A DNA stretch of 32,000 nucleotides from contig NC_000854.2 of the NCBI RefSeq assembly GCF_000011125.1, forward strand, positions 210,001 to 242,000, in the 5' to 3' direction. The position numbers and the translations under genes were made by a program. The notes under the pieces were generated by a model, which had not been told where the DNA came from, did not search any database, and was given only the letters and a program-made list of their open reading frames with translations. This document shows positions 23,800-32,000 of the stretch, one piece after another. The number at the start of each line of letters is the position of its first letter. Within the stretch, counting starts at the first letter, position 1. The stretch comes from Aeropyrum pernix K1. GTDB taxonomy: Archaea > Thermoproteota > Thermoprotei_A > Sulfolobales > Acidilobaceae.

Positions 23800-25661
23800 C
23801 CGCCGAAAACCCTAGATCTGGCAGCTTTTACAGCCTCCTCGAAGTCCTCGGCACCCTTGACAACACGGTGGTAGGGCATTCCCAGGACCTCCTTTAGATC
23901 TCTCCTCAAGTATCTATAGTCCATTAGTATGTAGAGAGCCCTGTCCTCGGGCCCTCTAATACCCCTCCCAAGAGCCTGTCTAACCTTTATCATCGGATTA
24001 ACAAGGTACACCAGCTTCCTAGCGTTGGAAACCCCAATCCTGGACGCCATAACCTCCAAGTGCTTCCTAGTGTAGTCATCAGGCTGCGGGAACGGGACGC
24101 CCACCACGATAACAGTCGAGAGCAGGTTCCTCCCCTCATAGTCCACGAACTCAACGCCCTCCACAAGCTTGCCGCCAGCCACAGCGTTTATGATAATCTT
24201 CTCCCCAGGATCTCTAGCGAGGATTTTCGCCTCGACCTCGTCCAGGCTGATGCCCCTAGTCTCAACTATAGTCTCCACATCCGCTGGCAGCCTCTCAACA
24301 ACCCTGTACATGACCTCGTAGCTCGGGTACACTGCAAGCTTGAGGCCGGGTAGCAGCCTATCAGCCATTGCTATCCTTGAGGCGATAAGCCTATACATAG
24401 AATCCCCCCGAGACCTGTATGCAGTCGTAACGTCAGCCGCGACTATCGTGAAGAACCTTCCGAAGCCCCGGGCGCCGTACATAAGATTGACGTCGACAAA
24501 CTTGAAGCTCCTTGAGACCCCCAGGACCTCCATGTACAGTTTGGTAGACGGCATGGTTCCACTCAGGAGGACGGCAGCCTTCACCTTCTCGAGCGGCTCC
24601 TTGACAACCCTGGAGGGGTCGAGAGGCGTAGCTATAAGCCATAGCACCCCGCCCTCGTCCTTCTCGGCGAAGAGGTACGAGTCGTCCCTCACCAGGACAG
24701 AGAGCCAGGAGTATATCCTGGAGGCCATCGTTTTAACCCTCCCAATACCCGAGGGGCCTGAGAGAGACAACGCCTCCTCAGCCTTCCTGGCCCTTATAGT
24801 CTCGACTACATCCTCCACTACAGAGAGATCGTCAAGCCCCTCCAGGAAGGGCTGCTTATCCAGAAGGGTTATCCTCGATACTTTCAAGCGTGAGGCCTTT
24901 TTCAAGACGCTCTCGAGCCACGCGATGAAATCCCTCGCCGAGGAGGCATACTCCCTAACCTCTTTGAGAGCAAGATCCAAGTCCCTCTGAGACACCCTGT
25001 ATTCATGGAGGCTGTGTATGTTGAGGAGACTGTGGGCCTCGTCCACAACAGCCACGAAGTCTCCATAGTCGTAGGGCTCGAGGAAAGATCTGAAGATGTC
25101 TTCCTTGAAGAGGTAGGGGTAAGTCGCCACAATGAACTGGCTATCCTCAACGAGCCCCTTCAACGCGAAGAAGGGGCAGGCGCCCTTGAACTTCGCAATA
25201 TCCCATGCCAGCCTGTAAGCGCTTATCACAGGACGGCTCCTCACATACTGGGCAACCTCAGCCTCGTCCAGCCTAGACAGCTCCTCGTAATAGCTGCACA
25301 CGCCTTTAGCCCTGGCTATCCTACAGTTACCCCAAAAATCCTCGACAGACGGCAGCGAGCCCTCAGCCGTCATAAGAGGGCACATACGCCTAGCACTAAA
25401 CAAGAAAGTAAACCTAGCCCCAAACCTCTTCAGCTCCCTCACCACAGGGTCAATCTCGTTGACAGTCCGGACAAGATAGAGAACCCTCTCAGCACCCGCC
25501 GACAGGAGGCCGTATATGACCGCAGCGGTCTTGCCGAACCCCGTGGGGGCGCTCGCCAGAAGTAGCTCACCTTCAGATACAGACCTCCTAACCTCCTCCG
25601 CCAGCTCCCTCTGCCCCTTCCTCCAACTGCCATAGGGGAAGACGATGCTCCCGCCGGACAA
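23796..25661 (-). CDS. XPD/Rad3-like Fe-S superfamily 2 DNA helicase
   Basis: Walker A SAPTGFGKTAA, Walker B VVDEAH, LSGTMP motif, motif VI QALGRGIRG, and conserved Cys spacing (C...C...C...ACPFF) between motifs Ia and II. Confidence 0.88.
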   Translation of the reverse strand: MSGGSIVFPYGSWRKGQRELAEEVRRSVSEGELLLASAPTGFGKTAAVIYGLLSAGAERVLYLVRTVNEIDPVVRELKRFGARFTFLFSARRMCPLMTAEGSLPSVEDFWGNCRIARAKGVCSYYEELSRLDEAEVAQYVRSRPVISAYRLAWDIAKFKGACPFFALKGLVEDSQFIVATYPYLFKEDIFRSFLEPYDYGDFVAVVDEAHSLLNIHSLHEYRVSQRDLDLALKEVREYASSARDFIAWLESVLKKASRLKVSRITLLDKQPFLEGLDDLSVVEDVVETIRARKAEEALSLSGPSGIGRVKTMASRIYSWLSVLVRDDSYLFAEKDEGGVLWLIATPLDPSRVVKEPLEKVKAAVLLSGTMPSTKLYMEVLGVSRSFKFVDVNLMYGARGFGRFFTIVAADVTTAYRSRGDSMYRLIASRIAMADRLLPGLKLAVYPSYEVMYRVVERLPADVETIVETRGISLDEVEAKILARDPGEKIIINAVAGGKLVEGVEFVDYEGRNLLSTVIVVGVPFPQPDDYTRKHLEVMASRIGVSNARKLVYLVNPMIKVRQALGRGIRGPEDRALYILMDYRYLRRDLKEVLGMPYHRVVKGAEDFEEAVKAARSRVFGG

Positions 25662-25835
25662 TACAGCCAGGCACCCCCTAGAGAGTCAGACAGCCACCGC
25701 ATCCTCATCCCAGCGATCGGAGATCGAGGTGTTCATCACACCGGGCACCCCCTAGGCGCCAAGGCCCGGCATCCACTATAAAACACTTTGGGGAACAAGC
25801 TTATAGTAGCGGGGGCTCCAGCGGGGGGCTAATTA

Positions 25836-26171
25836 ATGTTGCTGGCGGTCGTTGTGGGCGCTATCCTACACCTCATACTACTCTTCATCCTTCCGGTTAT
25901 AGGCAACATTTTAGCGGGGGCTGTTGCAGGAGTGATAGCCGGAGGGCTCAGCCGAGGGGCTATAGCGGGCCTCGCATCAGGAGCGATAGCCTCCCTAGCT
26001 GCATCCGCCCTCTTCTTCCTCGGCGCCCTCGCCCTTTCCTGGATACCCCCATTAGCCTTCATAGCCGGCCTAGCCGGTGTCCTCGTCATGATAGTACTCC
26101 TCATACTCCTAGGCCTCACTGGCCTAATAGGAGGGCTTATCGGAGGGGCCTTAAGAGAGGCGCTTGACTAG
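25836..26171 (+). CDS. Small Gly/Ala-rich polytopic membrane protein
   Basis: Hydrophobic throughout (AVVVGAILHLILLFILPVIGNILAGAVAGVIAGGLSRGAIAGLASG...). TATA-like CTATAAAAC upstream. Confidence 0.6.
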   Translation: MLLAVVVGAILHLILLFILPVIGNILAGAVAGVIAGGLSRGAIAGLASGAIASLAASALFFLGALALSWIPPLAFIAGLAGVLVMIVLLILLGLTGLIGGLIGGALREALD

Positions 26172-26315
26172 GGGTAGCCTGCCTACCCGCATCCCCAAGA
26201 GAGCTGCCTTTGCGGGCCGTGACTCTACCGAGCTATATGCTTTAACCATTGCAGGAGGCAGGAGGATGAGGAGCTAGGAGCCCTATGCTCAGCCCCCTTG
26301 GGCGGGGGGCTGTTG

Positions 26316-26428
26316 TGGCGGGCCCGCCGGGATTTGAACCCGGGACTTCCGCGGGGCCAGGACGAAGCCCCTCCACTCCCCTCTACGGGTTAAGAGCCCG
26401 CCGCTCTACCAGGCTGAGCTACGGGCCC
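26316..26428 (-). tRNA. tRNA-Lys(CTT) with encoded CCA and a 36-nt intron in the variable loop (exon 1 26428-26383, intron 26382-26347, exon 2 26346-26319, CCA 26318-26316)
   Basis: Acceptor GGGCCCG/CGGGCCC, D-arm GCTC..GAGC, anticodon arm GCGGG-CTCTTAA-CCCGT, T-arm CCGGG-TTCAAAT-CCCGG. Removing AGGGGAGTGGAGGGGCTTCGTCCTGGCCCCGCGGAA restores variable loop AGGTC. Confidence 0.92.
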
Positions 26429-26513
26429 GCTTGTGCCGGGGTTAGAATATCGTAGTGTGAGGCTATAAGAGTTTTCCCCCGCCATCTAGGCGTCTTCCCA
26501 CGTCTTATCAGGC

Positions 26514-27935
26514 TTACATCATTAGGTCCCTGTACTTCTCTACTAGCTGTATACTGCGCTTGATGTCGGCGAAGAGCCTTTCAGCCTCCTCGACATGCTC
26601 TGCCTCAACCCGCCTAGAGCCTCTCCTCTTGGCGACTATCATCGCTGGCTCTAGTAGCTGGATTGCATATCTCAGGCTTTTCTCGGAGCCTATGTCTGCT
26701 AGCCTCTCGAGGGCGTTCTCACTCAGCAGTACCTCCTCCTCGTCCGCCCTTATCCTGATTATCTCCTTAATCTCGTCCCGTGTATACGGCCTTGTCGTTA
26801 TTATGAGTAGTCTGTCTAGTAGGTCTCTGGGTATGCCGTGGGGGCTCTCTATGTCAGTGCCCCTTATCTTGGCGACCCCTCTGTTTGTGGCCAGTACAAT
26901 TATGGGTGCCAGATCGCTCTCCATGGCTTTCGATAGGAACGAGAAGGACTCCATGTCGAGTAGGTGGGCGTCGTCGATGAATATTACGCCAGCAACTATC
27001 TCAGCCTTACCCTCGCCAACCCACTTTTTAACAAGCTCATCAGTCTTCTTCCTATCCTCAGAGGTGACCCCCCTCTCGGCCTCGAACATACTCAGGAGGC
27101 CAGTGAACGCCACCCTCTGAGCAGCTATGCTAGCGTCTATATCGTGTAGCGTTAGCGTTCTAACAAACTCTTTAACCTTGCGAACAGGCCCCTCCGGAAG
27201 CTCAACCTCCCTAACCACGTCAATATCGAAGCTCTGGCCCCTTCCCTTGCCTCTACCGACTACTCTAACCACCCCGGTCTCGAGGTCGATCACGATAACG
27301 TCACCCCTCCTAACTCCAAGGGCTACAAGCTGCTCCGCCACCTCTGGCCCCACTGTAAAGGTTCTCGACTCGTCCTTCGTCTCCAGGGTTATCCTGGCGC
27401 CAGCTATCACCGGGTAGGGGCTGAAGGGCGTCCTCCGCTTTGATACTGATATGCTAGTGACAACGCCCTCGACAACCTCCCTACGCTCCCTAACCCTAAC
27501 TCCAATAGCCTTTCTGAAAGCCTGGAGAAGCATCTCCAGCTTTCCAGAGTCGCCCCTGAAAAGCTCTCCTGCGTTGAGGGCAACGAATGGGGTGTCCTCC
27601 CCCAGCTCCCTCGCTATAGCTATAGCCAGGGCAGTCTTACCTGTGCCCGGGGGCCCCACTATCAGTATTCCCCGGCCGCCAAGCCTACCCTCCCTCACCA
27701 TCTCCACTATAACGCCTGCAGCCTCCCTAGCCTCCTCCTGGCCCACCAGCCCCCCTCCTATTTTCCTGGCCCTGCCATCGGCGTCTAGGCCAAGCCCGGT
27801 TATGTGGCTATGCCTGCTGGCCCCAAATCCCCTGACAACCTCGGCCCTGATCTCCCCGCTCACACCTACCACCCCAGCCTCCAAAGCAGCCTTAGGGCCT
27901 TTCGGAATATCATTAATTCGGAAAGCTATTAACAT
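26514..27935 (-). CDS. TIP49/RuvB-like AAA+ ATPase (archaeal RuvBL1/RuvBL2 homolog)
   Basis: SHITGLGLDADGRARKIGGGLVGQEEAREAAGVIVEMVREG, GPPGTGKTALAIAIARELG, GVIFIDDAHLLDMESFSFL, PIIVLATNRG...RGTDIESPHGIPRDLLDRLLII. The tracked start may be upstream of the true one. Confidence 0.93.
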   Translation of the reverse strand: MLIAFRINDIPKGPKAALEAGVVGVSGEIRAEVVRGFGASRHSHITGLGLDADGRARKIGGGLVGQEEAREAAGVIVEMVREGRLGGRGILIVGPPGTGKTALAIAIARELGEDTPFVALNAGELFRGDSGKLEMLLQAFRKAIGVRVRERREVVEGVVTSISVSKRRTPFSPYPVIAGARITLETKDESRTFTVGPEVAEQLVALGVRRGDVIVIDLETGVVRVVGRGKGRGQSFDIDVVREVELPEGPVRKVKEFVRTLTLHDIDASIAAQRVAFTGLLSMFEAERGVTSEDRKKTDELVKKWVGEGKAEIVAGVIFIDDAHLLDMESFSFLSKAMESDLAPIIVLATNRGVAKIRGTDIESPHGIPRDLLDRLLIITTRPYTRDEIKEIIRIRADEEEVLLSENALERLADIGSEKSLRYAIQLLEPAMIVAKRRGSRRVEAEHVEEAERLFADIKRSIQLVEKYRDLMM

Positions 27936-28200
27936 TCACGATGAAGACGGGAGTGTTTATGTAATATAGGGGCCCTCGGTTTCAAGCCGGGATCCGCTAT
28001 TGCTCCCAGGTGGAGGAACCATAGATTTAGACTCGCATGGGCGGAAGTGTATAGCAAGGCGTGTAGCAGTTGGAAAGGCGGATAAGGCTCTATGCCTCAT
28101 GTCCTAGAACCTTTGCCACCGCTAGGTGAGACAGTAAGTTGGATTTGCCCCTGGCTGCCGGGTAAGACTCGCTGGAGAGTTGTAGTATGGTTAGGGTCGG

Positions 28201-28698
28201 CTAGACTTCTTCCCTCTCCATTGCCCTGTTTATCTGGTACATGGATTCTGCCGCGTATTTGAGGGCCGACTTTGCCTTCAGGTGCTCTACAGTTGTGTAG
28301 AGGCCTTTAAAGACTATTTCCTCCACGGTACCGTCGGGTAGCTTCCTGATGTCTAGGGTGGCTAGGTCCTCGCCAGCTATATCGCCTGTCCTCGCCTGTA
28401 CAGACCTGAGCTCCTCCTCCACGCTACGCAGGTAAGCTTCTATCTCCTCCGGTAGGGCCATGGGCCACTCCAGAACAACCCTGACATGAGTCTCACCCTT
28501 GTAGAGCCTCGCAACCCTCCTCCGGCCCACCTTCACTTCTTCCATCTTCTCCCCGGGGAGGCTTGACGCCGTAGAGCCTTTCTCGACAATGGCGAGTATC
28601 GTCTTGTAGTACGATATCTCCTCCTCCAAATCCCTGATCCTCGTCTTAATCCACTCTATAACCTCCTCTCTCCTCATCAGCTGCCTCTCGCTCGACAA
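28201..28698 (-). CDS. Conserved hypothetical coiled-coil protein
   Basis: 165-aa ORF (EEVIEWIKTRIRDLEEEISYYKTILAIVEKG...RLYKGETHVRVVLEW...). Good archaeal composition and collinear with neighbours. Confidence 0.65.
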   Translation of the reverse strand: MSSERQLMRREEVIEWIKTRIRDLEEEISYYKTILAIVEKGSTASSLPGEKMEEVKVGRRRVARLYKGETHVRVVLEWPMALPEEIEAYLRSVEEELRSVQARTGDIAGEDLATLDIRKLPDGTVEEIVFKGLYTTVEHLKAKSALKYAAESMYQINRAMEREEV

Positions 28699-28785
28699 AA
28701 CCGCTTCCCATGGCTAGGCTTAGGTTTTACGTTATGAATACGCCTTAGGGTTTGTATTACCCGACGCAGCCCAGGATGAGAGGGG

Positions 28786-29904
28786 CTATAATATTCTAAA
28801 CCTCTTCACGCCGCCCCTCTCAATAACCTCCACCTTCATCTCCTCGTAAAGCCTCTTAAGGTGAGCCAGTGCCTCCCCTATGGCGAAGAACTTCTCAACA
28901 GGCGGGTACTCTTCCCAGCTGGTATACCTTGTTCTCCATCTCATGCCCACGGCAACCTCGTAAGCAGTCGCGCTGCCCCTCCTCTTTAGAAGCTCGAGGA
29001 CCTCGCTCAGCCTTCTCCTGTGATGCTCTATCAACTCCCGCGCACGCTCGGCAGGGCTTATAATCGGGTTTCCATGGCCCGGGTATGCTACGAGATATTT
29101 CTTCTGAGCCAGCATTTCCAGGGTTCTAAGGTAGCTGCCCAGCGGGTCGTGCTCCTCATCGTACAGTATAACCGAGGGGGTTATCCTCTCCAAGAGTGTG
29201 TCGCCCACTATAGCGTGGGTCCCATCGAGGGACTCGAGCACAATGTGGCCCGGGGTGTGACCGGGGGCTGGTAACGCCCTATAAGACGCCTCACCAAGCC
29301 TCAGAATGTCCCCTGGGTATATGGGTTTGAGGTCTAGAGACGAGAACGCCCTGTACGCCAGCACAGTCCTGAACACAGGATGCGACCTCCTAATAGACTC
29401 CAAAACCGGCTCGGGAACACCGTGCTCCCTGTAGAGGGTGAGGATATTGTCGACGAACACGTCGGGTGATCCGCTGCGTAGGGGGAGCTCAAGCTCTCCT
29501 ATACCTATGAATACGGTAGGCTCGAATACCTCCCTTAGAATCGCCGCTCCACTCATGTGGTCAACGTGGAAATGGGTGATAACTATCTTGTCCACATCCC
29601 TAATCTTACCCCGAATCCTGCTCTTAATCTTTGCTAGAAGATCGTGGACACTCCTGGCTGAGTACATGCCCGCATCAACCAGATCAACCTCCCCAGCGTC
29701 CTTCTTGAACACTGTGACGTTAACAGAGCCGAGGCTTTGTATCGGTATCCAGACGTTTACCACAGAGAAGGGTTTTTCACCACTGGGCAAAGTACACCTA
29801 ACCCCCAGTTTAACCGATGCGGCGCCCGCGGAAAATATAGATGACGCGTCCGGAGTGGGAGGTGAGGGGGTGTGAAGCGATAGGAGCCTGACGTAGCCAC
29901 CCAA
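28786..29904 (-). CDS. Metallo-beta-lactamase-fold hydrolase (N-terminus uncertain; tracked start probably too far upstream)
   Basis: KIVITHFHVDHMSGAAIL, LPAPGHTPGHIVLESLDGTHAIVGDTLL, YPGHGNPI. Confidence 0.85.
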   Translation of the reverse strand: MGGYVRLLSLHTPSPPTPDASSIFSAGAASVKLGVRCTLPSGEKPFSVVNVWIPIQSLGSVNVTVFKKDAGEVDLVDAGMYSARSVHDLLAKIKSRIRGKIRDVDKIVITHFHVDHMSGAAILREVFEPTVFIGIGELELPLRSGSPDVFVDNILTLYREHGVPEPVLESIRRSHPVFRTVLAYRAFSSLDLKPIYPGDILRLGEASYRALPAPGHTPGHIVLESLDGTHAIVGDTLLERITPSVILYDEEHDPLGSYLRTLEMLAQKKYLVAYPGHGNPIISPAERARELIEHHRRRLSEVLELLKRRGSATAYEVAVGMRWRTRYTSWEEYPPVEKFFAIGEALAHLKRLYEEMKVEVIERGGVKRFRIL

Positions 29905-29951
29905 GTAATACTGGCGCTCCCCAGGCTAGACACTCTACACACTAAGCCGGG

Positions 29952-30503
29952 TTGGGGATGGGGGCTTTGATACTTAGCGATAGGGATATCAGGGCGCTCC
30001 TCGCCATTGGGGATCTCGTTGTGGAGCCTCTCTCCGGGGATACTGTTAGGGAGAACGGGCTCGACCTCAGGCTCGGCAGAGGGTTCTGCAGGTTCAAGCG
30101 GTCTGATAGGGTGTTGGACCCTAGGGCTCCTGGGAGTCCCGGCGAGTTCTACGAATGCGGTGAGGGCGACGAGATTATAGTCGGGCCGGGGGAGCACATG
30201 CTCCTCCACACCCAAGAGTACATCAGGCTCCCGGGCTACGTGGCAGGCCTGGTGAACCTCAGGAGCACCTGGGCGAGGACGGGCATCTACATCCCCGCCA
30301 CCGTTGTGGACGCCGGGTTCGAGGGCCAGCTAACCATAGAGGTGGTGGGCTCCGGGTTCCCAGTCAAACTCTACCCCGGGGACAGGTTCCTACACCTGGT
30401 CCTGGTGAAGCTGCAGAGCCCCGCCATGAACCCCTACAGGGGCAGATACCAGGGCCAGAGGGGCGTGAGGCTGCCTAAGCTCTTCGCGAAAAATACCGGC
30501 TAA
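29952..30503 (+). CDS. dcd: dCTP deaminase (dUTPase/DCD superfamily)
   Basis: ILSDRDIRALL, NGLDLRLG, HTQEYIRLPGYVAGLVNLRSTWARTGIYIPATVVDAGFEGQLTIEVVG, YRGQRGV. Confidence 0.9.
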   Translation: MGMGALILSDRDIRALLAIGDLVVEPLSGDTVRENGLDLRLGRGFCRFKRSDRVLDPRAPGSPGEFYECGEGDEIIVGPGEHMLLHTQEYIRLPGYVAGLVNLRSTWARTGIYIPATVVDAGFEGQLTIEVVGSGFPVKLYPGDRFLHLVLVKLQSPAMNPYRGRYQGQRGVRLPKLFAKNTG

Positions 30504-30819
30504 CCTCGGAGACTGCTAGGGATGCTGTAGACGCCAGTAGCGGATAGTACAGGAAGGGCAAGAGTCCGGCGAGACCAGCTATGCCGACCTGGAGCCTCAT
30601 AGCATCTAGTAGTGGGGCTGAAGCTGCAGCCACAAGCACGTAGCCTATAAGCGACGAGCAGGCTGATACTAGTGGGCGGAGTCTCGTGGAGAATAGGGAC
30701 ACTATAGCTGATGCCAGTGGCGGCAATACTATTGAGAGCGGCGGTGGAAGTAGTAGGGATAAGACGGCGAATGCCACTGCCCCTATAACCAGCGCCTCCA
30801 AAACGCCTCTGGAGACCAC
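30475..30819 (-). CDS. Hypothetical polytopic membrane protein
   Basis: 114-aa ORF with hydrophobic segments (LEALVIGAVAFAVLSLLLPPPLSIVLPPLASAIVSLF...LIGYVLVAAASAPLL). Directly downstream of the penicillin-acylase-family gene. Confidence 0.55.
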   Translation of the reverse strand: MVSRGVLEALVIGAVAFAVLSLLLPPPLSIVLPPLASAIVSLFSTRLRPLVSACSSLIGYVLVAAASAPLLDAMRLQVGIAGLAGLLPFLYYPLLASTASLAVSEVSRYFSRRA

Positions 30820-30825
30820 CTTGCA

Positions 30826-32000
30826 TCATCCCCCTCTGAAAACTATTTTGGCGCCCCCGGGCGGCTCGCCTCCAACGGTCAGTATATGGTATTCTCCGCG
30901 GCAGTAGCCCCAGTAGAGGTTGTCGTAGAAGCTTGATAGCGGCACTCCGCTAGAGCCTCCGGGTAGGCTCATGTAGAGCATTGTCGTGGAGAGGTCCGCA
31001 ATAAGCCTCACGCTCGGGCCAGCCTCGACTGGCGCACCACGGGTTTCGGACACGCTGCTTGGAGGTGCTACATTAACGGTGAACGGCCCACCCGGCGCGG
31101 GACATTCTCCGAAGCCCAGAGCTTCAGACAGGAGGTGTTCAGGGTTGTAATAGTGCATCTCCCCATACACCCAGGCCTCAGGGTTGGGGGAAGCGAAGAA
31201 GGTTTCTGACGTCTTCACCGCCCTCTCCACGGACCTGTTAACCATCCCCTCTAGAGTGCCCTCCGGGAAATAGTTGAAAACCCAATCCTCGCCCCTAAGG
31301 TACGCCTTGAGAGCCTTCTCAGCATACTCCAGCTTGATAAACCTCCAGTGCTCCTCCGAGCCGTAGAGGCTCTCCCAGAAGTCGCGGGCGAAGTACCATG
31401 AAGCGAGGAGGGCAAGAGTGGGTTTGTAGTCGTCTACATTCATTTGGGGATTCTCCGCCCACTCTGCCAGCATGTCCATATACCTTTCGAGCACATGCCC
31501 GCCATCCCCCGATGCCACCCTCACCATGAGAGATACCAGGGTCTTGAGCCCCAGGTCCTCGACGTCCAGCTGTATATCCCTCATGTCACCAGCATCGAGA
31601 GGTTCCTCCGCTGATCTCTCTTGGAGAAGAGTGTAGATCCTCTCAGTTCTGAACCTGTCCGCGTAGTCCCAACCTAGCCCATCCCAGCAACCGTCTTCGA
31701 ATGGTTTGCTGTTTGCCGTAGCCACAAACCCTTGCGGAGGGTTGAAGAGGACGGGGAGGCTTGAGTAGGGCTTGAACCCCCTCCACTCCCCTTCTCCAGC
31801 GCTGCCGTCGAAGGGTAGGAATCCCGTGTTAACAATCGGGCCGTAGCCCGTTTCAATAGTGGGTAGTGTAGCTCTTTCAGGGTATGCGCCGACGGGGCTA
31901 TAGGCTATATTCCCCGCCGAGTCAGCCACTACCATGTTCTGGGGCGGCCCGTAGAAGTATCTCTGCGCGGAGAGAGCGTCTCTAACGCTGCTAGCCTTAT
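30826..32000 (-). CDS. Penicillin acylase family protein (Ntn hydrolase), 5' end beyond window edge
   Basis: Frame is open through the window edge (KASSVRDALSAQRYFYGPPQNMVVADSAGNIAYSPVGAYPER...); PQNMVVADxxGNIAY is characteristic. Confidence 0.82.
   Translation of the reverse strand, partial: KASSVRDALSAQRYFYGPPQNMVVADSAGNIAYSPVGAYPERATLPTIETGYGPIVNTGFLPFDGSAGEGEWRGFKPYSSLPVLFNPPQGFVATANSKPFEDGCWDGLGWDYADRFRTERIYTLLQERSAEEPLDAGDMRDIQLDVEDLGLKTLVSLMVRVASGDGGHVLERYMDMLAEWAENPQMNVDDYKPTLALLASWYFARDFWESLYGSEEHWRFIKLEYAEKALKAYLRGEDWVFNYFPEGTLEGMVNRSVERAVKTSETFFASPNPEAWVYGEMHYYNPEHLLSEALGFGECPAPGGPFTVNVAPPSSVSETRGAPVEAGPSVRLIADLSTTMLYMSLPGGSSGVPLSSFYDNLYWGYCRGEYHILTVGGEPPGGAKIVFRGG

Noticed and set aside
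24340-24990. 216-aa plus-strand ORF antisense to the XPD-like helicase
   Set aside because: No recognisable motif. The opposite strand holds conserved helicase motifs, so this is a shadow ORF.
26560-27120. 186-aa plus-strand ORF (and 27451-27969) antisense to the TIP49-like gene
   Set aside because: Ser/Leu-rich shadow ORFs opposite a convincingly conserved AAA+ protein.

Overview
The window is a slice of a hyperthermophilic crenarchaeal chromosome. The protoglobin at the left edge matches my memory of the Aeropyrum pernix protein, and TTG/GTG starts and AGG/ATA/CTA codons are frequent. There are five parts. (1) A redox and regulator neighbourhood at 1-4 kb: protoglobin, a MarR-type regulator with a C-terminal Cys cluster, an ArsR-type regulator with CxxC, a peroxiredoxin split by an apparent frameshift, a small membrane protein plus winged-helix pair, and a cupredoxin. 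(2) A coupled three-gene module encoding an HTH protein, a small basic protein and a repetitive beta-helix-like (DUF4097-type) protein. (3) A lower-GC five-gene oligopeptide/dipeptide ABC transporter operon (12959->6356) whose binding protein carries two N-terminal PKD domains. (4) A tightly packed cassette of FGGY kinase, alkylglycerone-phosphate-synthase-like FAD oxidase and glycerol-3-phosphate-dehydrogenase-like oxidoreductase, behind two palindromes, followed by CitE-like, TrmO-like and M55 D-aminopeptidase genes. (5) Housekeeping genes: agmatinase/arginase family, phosphohexomutase, DJ-1/PfpI, ferredoxin, XPD/Rad3-like helicase, tRNA-Lys(CTT) with a variable-loop intron, TIP49-like AAA+ ATPase, MBL hydrolase, dCTP deaminase, and a truncated penicillin-acylase-family gene at the right edge. 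I found no CRISPR array, transposon, or obvious defence or mobile system. The strongest second-look items are the frameshifted peroxiredoxin, the agmatinase with no canonical start, the non-canonical tRNA intron, the tandem TTGTATACAA operator, the PKD-fused binding protein, and the kinase/AGPS-like/G3PDH-like cassette.
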